Source of the DNA: Octopus sinensis
Lineage: Eukaryota
Length of the DNA stretch: 64,000 bases
NCBI RefSeq assembly: GCF_006345805.1
Contig: NC_043001.1
Location: forward strand, 116,250,001 to 116,314,000
Direction of reading: 5' to 3'
In this document: positions 53,712 to 64,000 of the stretch, piece by piece
How positions within the stretch are numbered: the first letter of the stretch is position 1
How the letters are laid out: every line of letters starts with the position of its first letter
Made by a program: the position numbers and the translations under genes
The notes under the pieces: generated by a model
Told to the model about the DNA's origin: nothing
Seen by the model: only the letters and a program-made list of their open reading frames with translations
Database searches by the model: none

Positions 53712-54335
53712 TTAACCCTTTAGCATTCAGATTACTCCATCAAATGTATAATAATTGGCACTCCGTCGCTTACGATGACGAGTGTTCCAGTTGAGCCGAT
53801 CAACAGAACAGCCTGCTTGTGAAATTAACGTGCAAGTGGCTGAGCACTCCACAGACACGTATACCCTTAACGTAATTCTCAGGGATATTCAGCGTGACAT
53901 AGTGTGACAAGGCTGGCCCTTTGAATTACAGGCACAACAGAAACAGGAAGTAAGAGTGAGAGAAAGTTGTGGTGAAAGAGTACAGCAGGGATCACCACCA
54001 TCCCTGCCGGAGCCTCAAGGAGTTTTAAGTGTTTTCACTCAATAAACACTCACAACGCCCGGTCTGGGAATCGAAACCGCGATCCTATGACTGCGAGTCT
54101 GCTGCCCTAACCACTGGGCCATTGCACCTCCATCCATGAAATGTAATGCTTATATAATTACATTACTGTGAATTACTCAAGCATTGTCTTGTAGCTTTGA
54201 GATTTCAATGATGGCATTGTGTACTTTAGGAATGACATTGTGGGGTAGGTCTAAGAGGCTAGATCAGGCTAGTTCAAACATAAAACTGGTTGAGTATTTT
54301 GGCTTGATATGGCTGGTTTAAATGCTTGAGAGTTA
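53712..54335. mobile_element. piggyBac-like MITE family 2 interrupted by a SINE E relative (about 53750-54132, minus)
   Basis: ttaa-ccctttagcatt ... aatgcttgagag-ttaa; SINE TSD tccat(c/g)aaatgta at 53736-53748 and 54133-54145. Confidence 0.75.
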
Positions 54336-55206
54336 AACTCTGATACTTTCTCCCAACACTTAACACTAACAGGATAGGTTATTACACTAATGCCCAACAT
54401 TGCTTAATAATTGAGTTACATGATTCCACTTCCTGCAGTGAGCCTAATACTCTTCTCTGTTTCAAATCCATGTTTATAATGTCTAATTTCATTAATCACT
54501 CTTTCTGTTATGTTCTCCAGCTGCCTATGTAGCAACCAAATGAATTCTCAACGTAACTCTGTATGGTCGAGTGAATAGTGATGAACGTTTTCACTTCCTA
54601 TCTTGTAAGTTCCTATTCCTTCTGGGGACGGTAGTAAATAGTGGTAGTAGCTGTAGTAGTATTAGTGGTGGTGGTGGTGCCATCTCACAGTAGATGGAAA
54701 CAACTTGGAAGAAGTAATTAGGCCAAACAACTAAATTAATTTTGAATTGAATCCCATAGACAATATAATACAGAAACAAGATACCCCAAGAGATGCTGGA
54801 CAACAGTCACACAGCTAATGACTTCGTGAAGAAGTTGACTATAGTGTCAGTAGAATGATGGTGGCAGTGGTGATAATGGATGGTGATGGTAGTGAGGACA
54901 GTTGTTGGTGGTTATATCTACAGTAGGGATGCTGCTGATGATGATAATGACATCATTAGGATTCAAAACAGCAAACCTGTTGGTTCAATTCTCATGGCCT
55001 CATCCCTAATTTTATAGCCAGACTAAATACATATGTAATGTGACTCAATATATATTTATTAATTCATAACCCATTCTGTATTATTGGTGATGGTTCTTTG
55101 GTAATTGCTTGGTTTTTTTTTTCTCTTGCTTTGAACCACTCCTGAGAGATTCACTGGAACAAGATCAGTGAAGCCCATCCTTCTCCAGGTCTGACCACAA
55201 CCAGTT

Positions 55207-55392
55207 TGAGAGAGAGAGAGGGGGACAGAGGAAGAGAAAGAGAGAGGGGGGAAAGGGGGAAAGAGGAAGAGAAAGAGAGAGGGGGAAAGGGGGAAAGAGG
55301 AAGAGAAAGAGAGAGGGGGGAAAGGGGAAAGAGGAAGAGAAAGAGAGAGAGAAGGGGAGAGGGGGACAGAGGAAGAGAAAGAGAGAGAGAGA
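55207..55392. repeat. Polypurine tandem repeat (gagagagggggaaaggggaaagaggaagagaaa)
   Basis: Direct reading. Confidence 0.9.
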
Positions 55393-55559
55393 ATTAAACT
55401 AATACTTTATGTATTGGCTGCAAAAGGATGAATAGTAAAATTGGCTAGGGTAGAATTTGAACTTGGAACGAACATCACAAGGCATTCTGTCCAATGCTCT
55501 AATGGCTGCCACCTTACTACTTTCTCTAGCAATTAAAGAATCTAAATCTACTGCCAGCT

Positions 55560-55768
55560 CCATCTGGCACCTGTGCGGGTGGCACGTAAAAAGCACCCAC
55601 TACACTCACGGAGTGGTTGGCGTTAGGAAGGGCATCCAGCTGTAGAAACACTGCCAGATCAGACTGGAGCCTGGTGCAGCCTCCTGGCTTCACAGACCCC
55701 CAGTTGAACCGTCCAACCCATGCTAGCATGGAAAGCAGACGCTAAATGATGATGATGATGATGATGAA
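55560..55768 (+). mobile_element. Family B retroposon
   Basis: Near-consensus copy with (GAT)n tail. Confidence 0.85.
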
Positions 55769-57217
55769 ATCAGTGGTTCTCAATCGGGGTCCACATAACG
55801 CCTGGAGGTCCATGCTAGCAAAATAGTAAATTGGGGATCCACAGTAACATTTTAAGGGTCCATATATTTATTGCAAGAACAGCTATGTTTCTTTCTTTAA
55901 TGTTTTGCATAGATCAACCTACACAAATTAATGTCTGAAAAGCAAAATAGAAATTTTGAAAGTATCTATAGAACTAATTTTTAAACATCATATGGCTATG
56001 AGGGTCCACTAGAATAGAATAATAACCAATGGGTCCAGAGACCAAAAAGGAAAAAAAAAATGGTTGAAATACATTTGGAGCATCAGCAAAGTACCATGCA
56101 TTTATTGCAAGTCCCTAAATTTAGGATATTTAGAGTATCACCGAAGTACTGTACAAGGAGCAGCAAGGTCATAAAGGTACCATTTTGGGAGTGACAGTAT
56201 AAATAACAACAACAACTAACTTCCAACATCAGTAAGAAATGACTAAATTTGTAAGAGCAAAGAACATACTCCACCCTTGGAGGAAAGAAGCAGAGAGAGA
56301 GAGAGAGAGAGGGAGAGAGAAAGAGAGAGAGAGGAGGGGAAGGGTAGAGAAGGAGAGAGAGGGAAAGAGGGGAGAAAGGTATAAGACCTACCTACATCAT
56401 TATTTTTACTTAAAAGTGCAAAATTTATGATTTTTTAAAAAGCTATCTTCAAGATGAAATGGGAGGGTTTGGGTGTTCTTTCGTAGCAGACAGCTTATCT
56501 TTTTAGGAGAAAAATCAAAACAAACATCAACAATCATGGTACTAATAATAATTTCTAGTTCAGGCATGAAGTCAGGAACTTTGAGGGGGGGGGGGATTAG
56601 TCAATAGTACTGACCCCACTACTTCCCCGATACTTTTATTTATCAACTCCAAAAAGATGAAAGATAAAGCTGACCAAGGCAAAATTTGAACTCAGAATGT
56701 AAAGATCCAGAAGAAATGCTGTATGGCATTTCTTTCATCCCTAAAGATTCTGCCAATTTTATTGCCTTGAGCAACATAGTATTAATAACACCAACAACAA
56801 TAAAATAAAAGGATCTTTTTACATGGCTGCATGGCTTGCTAGAAATAACAGCTACATCTCCCTTGAACCACAGACTTAGCTGTCATAAAAAAGTAAAGGA
56901 CACTTGGATAACGTAATCATTGTCCAAGATATACTATGCCAGAATAAATCTTTAAGAAATAAGTAGGACGGTAAAGGTTAGACCATCTTTGATCATAGGT
57001 ACACTTATTCAATAAGAGCTGATTCAACACAAAACAACAATAACAATATTTACAAGAATAACTGGATCTGATTAAAGGGAAGCAACAATTACATTAATAA
57101 CACAAGAAATTTCTTGAGCCAATTAAGGAACCCTATGTGAGCACTCAATCTGCAAGAAATAACAACCAAATCTTCCTACCATCTTTAAAAAATGTAAAAT
57201 ACATTGGATGATACTAT

Positions 57218-57614
57218 TTTACTCTTTTACTTGTTTCAGTCATTTGACTGCGGCCATGCTGGAGCACCACCTTTAGTCGAGCAAATCAATCCCAGGACTT
57301 ATTCTTTGTAAGCCTAGTACTTATTCTATCAGTCTCATTTGCCAAACCGCTAGGTTACGGGGACGTAAACACACCAGCATCGGTTGCCAAGCGTTATTGG
57401 AGGGAAAATCACACATACACAAACACACATACACACGTATATATGTACATATATACGATGGGCTTCTTTCAGTTTCCGTCTACCAAATCCACTCACAAAC
57501 TTTGGTCAGCCTGAGGCTATAGTAGAAGACACTTGCCCGAGGTGCCACGCAGTGGGACTGAACCCGGAACCATGTAGTTCTTAAGCAAGCTACTTACCAC
57601 ACAGCCACTCCTAC
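57218..57614 (-). mobile_element. SINE family A
   Basis: Full-length similarity. Confidence 0.88.
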
Positions 57615-58180
57615 ACTTACATGATGTAGTTCTAGATGCACTAAATACAGTTAACAATGACTTGCAAGTAAGTATGACTTCCTGACATGTATGATGATTT
57701 TATTAATTGTTTCAAGTGTTAATATAGCCATGAATAGGCATAGATACCACCTCATCCTCTTCATTCTTGCCTGCAGCAGAATATCCAGGATGTGATAAAG
57801 TGACAGAGAGAGAGAGAGAGAGAGTTGGGGGTTGTACAAGTAGTCATCTGGCATTAATTTCAGCTGAGTAACATTTCATGTTACTGGAGTGCCTTGTCTT
57901 AGGACATGACACACCACTTGCTCCAGAAAGAGCTGACTATCCTTAGCACTACACCATGTACCTTCCATACATTCACTATGTCAGATAAAATGCTAAGTCT
58001 GAGATGTTCAGAAAATGTAGACACATGGATAAATTCATTTTATGTTACTGGACACAGTCAAATTCAAGCAACAATAGTATGTTACATACAATAGAGGAAT
58101 CTTTACATAGTCACTCAACTTATTAGAAATAGCAGTAATGTCTCCCTGAAACAACACTTTACCACCTTAAATAAGGAAAA

Positions 58181-58227
<47 letters not shown>

Positions 58228-58328
58228 CCCATATATATACATATAAATAAATATATATACCCATATATATATATATACATATAAAATAAATATATATTAC
58301 CCATATATATATAGTGCATCTATATATA

Positions 58329-58389
<61 letters not shown>

Positions 58390-58470
58390 ATAATAAATAT
58401 TAGGGAATAAATCCAAATTTACAGGGAAAAAAATCAGATTAAGGATTAAATCCAATTTATAGAAAAATAT

Positions 58471-58617
58471 TATATAATATTAATTAGAGACAAAACCACT
58501 ATTTTGCAAAACAAACAAGGAAAGACTTAATCAATACATAAAAAGTAAAAAATAAAATTTTATGTATTGATTAAGTCTTTCCTTGTTTGTTTTGCAAAAT
58601 AGTGGTTTTGTCTCTAA

Positions 58618-58630
<13 letters not shown>
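58471..58630. repeat. Perfect 73-bp inverted repeat with a 14-nt spacer, between (TA)n arrays
   Basis: 58471-58543 is the exact reverse complement of 58558-58630. Confidence 0.9.
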
Positions 58631-58690
<60 letters not shown>

Positions 58691-59124
58691 TATATACATA
58701 TATATATACATATATATACGTATTTATATATACACATATATACACACACACACACACATACACACAAACATATATATATTAGTCTGCCTCACAGCTGCAT
58801 GGGTTTTTTTGTTGTGTATGTATGTATTATTTTGTCATGTTTGTTTTCATCATTGTCCTGTACATTCGTTAGCTAATTCCAGAGGCATTTTGCCACAAGC
58901 ACCACCAATAGTGAACAATATCAATATTAAAGGCACGAAATTGTAATGATCTTCTGGATGTTGACTGATGAGAAGTATGCTACAAATTTTCTGTTTGTTA
59001 TGTTTTCATAATATTTCTGTTTGTTGTGATTTTGCTAAATTTTTGAAATATATATATATATATATATATCATCATCATAATCATCATCATCGCTTAACAT
59101 CCGTTTTCCATGCTAGCATGGGTT

Positions 59125-59248
59125 ATATATATATATTATATATATACACATACATACATATCTATATATATATATACACATACATGCATACATACATGCA
59201 TGCATACATACATACATGCATGCATGCATACATACATACATACATACA

Positions 59249-59280
<32 letters not shown>

Positions 59281-59323
59281 CATACATACATACATACACA
59301 CATACATACATACATACACACAC

Positions 59324-59354
<31 letters not shown>

Positions 59355-59365
59355 CATACATACAT

Positions 59366-59396
<31 letters not shown>

Positions 59397-59488
59397 TACA
59401 TACATACATACATACATACATTATACATACATACATACACACATACATACATACATACATACACACATACATACATACATACACACAC

Positions 59489-59519
<31 letters not shown>

Positions 59520-59577
59520 CATACATACATACATACACACATACATACATACATACACACATACATACATACATACA

Positions 59578-59609
<32 letters not shown>

Positions 59610-59644
59610 CATACATACATACACACATACATACATACACACAC

Positions 59645-59675
<31 letters not shown>

Positions 59676-59713
59676 CATACATACATACATACATACATAC
59701 ATACATACATACA

Positions 59714-59745
<32 letters not shown>

Positions 59746-59791
59746 CATACATACATACATACATACATACATACATACATACATACATACA

Positions 59792-59823
<32 letters not shown>

Positions 59824-59909
59824 CATACATACATACATACATACATAAATACATACATACATACACACATACATACATACATACACACATACATACATAC
59901 ATACATACA

Positions 59910-59941
<32 letters not shown>

Positions 59942-59963
59942 CATACACACACACATACATACA

Positions 59964-59999
<36 letters not shown>

Positions 60000-60005
60000 T
60001 TATAC
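59125..60005. repeat. (TACA)n tetranucleotide array, about 880 bp
   Basis: Direct reading; source of the HTYI/MYVC pseudo-ORFs. Confidence 0.95.
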
Positions 60006-60679
60006 ATAGAGAGAGTGTGTGAGTGGGATGGGGTTATAGAAAGCACATTATGAAGCAACATGCCTGTTAAGAGGTTCAATTGGCCTGGAGCTAGAAAACA
60101 TCCAGTGTTCTAATGCACTGTAGTGCACATACATTATTTGGTGCAAGTTGCAGCTGCCAAGTTTACTTCATCACCACCTGCATGTTTTAGCTAATCATTT
60201 AAAAACAAGGCAGAATTGCAAAAGCCTGAGCAATGCTTGTCTATTTAGATTTGATGGATGTGGTAGAAGAGACCAGTATCATCATCATCATCATCATCAA
60301 GAATACATTTTCATCATTACCTTCCTCAGTATTAACACCATTGTCATCACCTTCATTATCACTATCATTACTTAGGATGATGATTGTTGAAGTTATAATG
60401 CTGAAACTGAAAGAAGCCTGTCATATATGAGTGTGCAAGTGTGCGTGTGTATGTGTGTGTGTGTGTGCGTGTGTTGATGGATGTGTGTGTCTGTGTCTGA
60501 CAACTGGTGTTGGTTATGTCCCCATAACTTAGCAGTTCAGCAAACAGAGACCAATAGAATAAGCAAAAGGTTTTACAAAATTCTTCAAGGTGGTGCCCCA
60601 GCATGGCCACAGTCTTATGACTGAAACAAGTATAGCCGTGTAAAAGATAAAATTATGTTTCAGTCTTTTATAAAATATA

Positions 60680-60920
60680 ACCGATCGTGGATGTTGCCAG
60701 CCTCGCCTGGCCCCTGTGCCGGTGGCACGTAAAAAGCACCCACTACACTCACAAAGTGGTTGGCGTTAGGAAGGGCATCCAGCTGTAGAAACGCTGCCAG
60801 ATCAGACTGGTGCCTGGTGCAGCCTCCTGGCTTCCCAGACCCCAGTCGAACCGTCCAAGCCTTGCTAGCATGGAAAACGGACGACAAACGATGATGATGA
60901 TGATGATGATGATGATGATC
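60680..60920 (+). mobile_element. Family B retroposon
   Basis: Near-consensus copy with (GAT)n tail. Confidence 0.85.
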
Positions 60921-61724
60921 TGTCTGTTCCTTCTGTTGATAAGTTTTGGCACCAAATTTCTGTCAGCAAAGAACAGACATACAACTCAGCAGGGTTCAGT
61001 CAACATAACAGCCCTAAAGATATGAATTACAACAGTATTAACTTTGAGGAATTGGAAATTAACCCATTCTGAGTCATGTCTAGCAAAATATTTGGTGGAT
61101 ACTTACGATACTCACTCACACTGCACATACTTAGTTTTAGAAGAACTGGACAGAGCATCCTTCGTACACACACATATACAAACATGCATTTAATTTACAA
61201 GCACATGTAATCATACACATGAATGTATGAATGTGTGTGCATATGTGTGTGTGTGTGTGTGTGTGTGTATAGACTCATTAAAATAACATATTACAAAACT
61301 ATTTAAAGATATTGCTCATCTGGAGATGGTAAGCTGAAAGTGCTGGGCGTGGTAATATGATGATGATGGTGATGATAGTTATGGTACCACCAATGAGGAC
61401 AGTAATGGTAAAGTGGTGATGATGATGGCAATTGTGGTTGACATTGTTGCGATGATAGCGATGATAATTGCGGTGGTGTATATGAGAATGCATGTAAGTA
61501 CAGAAGCGTGCAATATATACATGCACATTTATGTGCATGTATAGAAGAAGAGGCTAGAGGGAGGGGAAGAGAAAAAGGAAAAAAAAAAAACCAGTCCTGG
61601 CCAATATTTTTACTCACGCACCTAAGCAATACAGGATGAATATTAATGAGTGCAACATAAGTGGAATTCTGAACATAAGTATATGTGCATGTTTGCGTGT
61701 GGTGTGTGTGTGTGTGTGTGAGTT

Positions 61725-61756
<32 letters not shown>

Positions 61757-62469
61757 TAAATACCTATGTAGAAATATAAGTACAACCCATTTGCAGACAT
61801 AATAGCAACACACATATATTCCATATAATTTAGTTTCTAAAATGTTTGTGCAATTTATTTCCTTTTTCTGTGTTATTTAGCCCTGAGTTAACTATGTCAG
61901 AGCTATGAACAGCTTGTTTTTTTTATTATTTTTCCTCCTGTAATAGTGTATCTAAGGCTACATTGTCCAATGTGTCCTTAATTAAGATGGTACAGCATGA
62001 TTTCAGGGAGATTTAGCAGCAAAATTTCCAGGAGATTGAGCTTTTAAACACTTATTGATTCATCAAGCACAAAATTTGGTAAGGAATGGTGTGTATACAA
62101 CTCCAAATACTGTAAAAAAAAAAACATATTTCCTATGCCCCCAAGGGAACTTTTAAGGTTAGGCCTTAGCTTTGTTAGGCTAAGAGATGGATCTCTGTCT
62201 AGAGTAGAGAGAGGGTTCTTGCTTTTAACATTCCTGACAAGTAAGTAAACAAGGCAGCATCTATGTAGCTGTTCAACCCACAAAAAACAGCAAGAAAAAA
62301 TCTCCCTCAAGGCACACCCCAAAATGGCTGCGTGGTTAAGAAGTTGGTTTCACGGGTTTCAGGTTCGGTCCCACTGGGTGCTATCTTTGGCTACTGTCTT
62401 CTATATTCTCAGACCAACCAATGACTTGTAACAGAATTTGGCAAATGGAAAATATGCAAAGCCCATCAT

Positions 62470-62515
<46 letters not shown>

Positions 62516-62998
62516 ATCTACATTCTGTGATTGCAGGAAAAATTGCTCAGCTTCAGATATTGTTGTTTGTTTTCATTTCTCTATCAATAAATTGTCCACT
62601 AACATTGCACTTTCAAAGACAAGTGGAATTCAAAATCCCTCCCTTGAAAAAACAGGTAATGGTCAGTGACAAGAAGGGCATTCATCTGTAAAAACATTTC
62701 TAACATGTTTCTGTAACCCATGCTAGCATGGATCAAACAAGACTATGAGCTAAGTTTTCCATAGTTGGATGCCTTTCCTGTTGTTAACCTTCACCTGTTG
62801 CCAAGCAAAGTAAAAATACCCCAGTTTACTAAATAACAAACAGCCCAGACATGGTTACACAGAGAACTAGAAACAAATGGCAACGTTTGAATGAGCCTTT
62901 TGTTCACAACCAGCAGATGTGCATGAAAACAAGCGGAAATACAAATTCACCTACATAAACACACTGTGTGTGCATGTGCATACACATACACTTATGTG

Positions 62999-63090
<92 letters not shown>

Positions 63091-64000
63091 TATATATACA
63101 TATCATCATCATTTAACATCCATGTTCCATATTAGCAATGGGTTCGACAAGGATATGACGGGTCCAAGGACTGCATTATGCCCCAGAGTCTGCTTTAGCA
63201 TAATTTCTATGGCTGGATACCTTTCCTAACACCAACCAATTTACAGTGTGTAATGGGTGCTATTTTTCATGCCACTGGCACCATTGAGGTTGCCATGCAG
63301 CTTACAAGTCTACAAAACATGAGGGATGGGTTTTGGGGTGCATCCCTATAATAGACAGGGGCTAAGGTATGAGAAAGGGTTGGGGTAGTCCAGGTTCATA
63401 TATGACACATGTCTTCAGTATCCATCTACCAATTTCACACACAAGATACTTGTCAGCTGGGTCTTGTACTATGTCCACAGAGTTACCATGTTTATGCAAT
63501 GGAACCAAACCAACCTCCTATGTGGTTCTAAAGCAAACGTCTTAATCACACAGCCATTCCATCAATACATTAAACAATATAGTCTAATAAAGCAGAATGG
63601 CCACAGATGGAATGCATTTGACCAGCCGTCTCAATGATCAAGGTTAACCTGGGGTCGAACAACAACTTGACTACTCAGAATAGGTGAAGATTTAACTTAC
63701 TCTGTTCACAGCACTGTACACTCGATAAGATAGTTGTTGTTGGTGGTGGTGTTGTCAGTCAACTTCCCCTACCCCCACCCCTGCTCCACTTATAAACCTT
63801 CAACCATCTTTAAACCATCCCAAAACATCCCCCAAGACCTAATCTACAATCAGAAACCTTTGGAGGTTGATAAAAATACACAAATCCAATGTGGTGGATT
63901 GGCGGAACAGTAAGAATGTCAAACTAGATATCTCACTATCTGCTCCAAGTTCAAATTCAACTGTAGCTCTACTTGCATCGTATACCTAATGCATCACTTG

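Noticed and set aside
58968-60079. ORFs of 300-361 aa (HTYI/MYVC)
   Set aside because: Products of the (TACA)n array; no coding signal.

Overview
AT-rich, microsatellite- and SINE-saturated eukaryotic DNA. The repeat content looks like an Octopus (coleoid cephalopod) genome; this is inferred, not proven. Most of the window is intron of one minus-strand gene, an FGD/Frabin-family RhoGEF. Two coding exons are supported: 45017-44062 (956 bp, disordered N-terminal region) and 563-468 (96 bp, start of the DH domain). They are phase-compatible across about 43.5 kb. A perfect AG|ATG|GTAAGT site at 28114-28112 may be a 3-nt microexon or an alternative first-exon end. Almost all other ORFs in the track are microsatellite or SINE artefacts. 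The introns hold several tRNA-derived SINE families, RTE, CR1 and R4/Dong LINE fragments, and mariner, hAT and piggyBac MITEs. The most notable signal is a set of unrelated non-coding elements, mostly inserted in (TA)n tracts, that carry type I hammerhead ribozyme motifs with palindromic helix III and long helix-II loops. They occur as a direct 536-nt tandem or as inverted duplications, which is Penelope pseudo-LTR/retrozyme-like architecture. The best-preserved copies are in the sense orientation of the host pre-mRNA. Repeat boundaries are approximate (about 10-20 bp) unless stated exactly.
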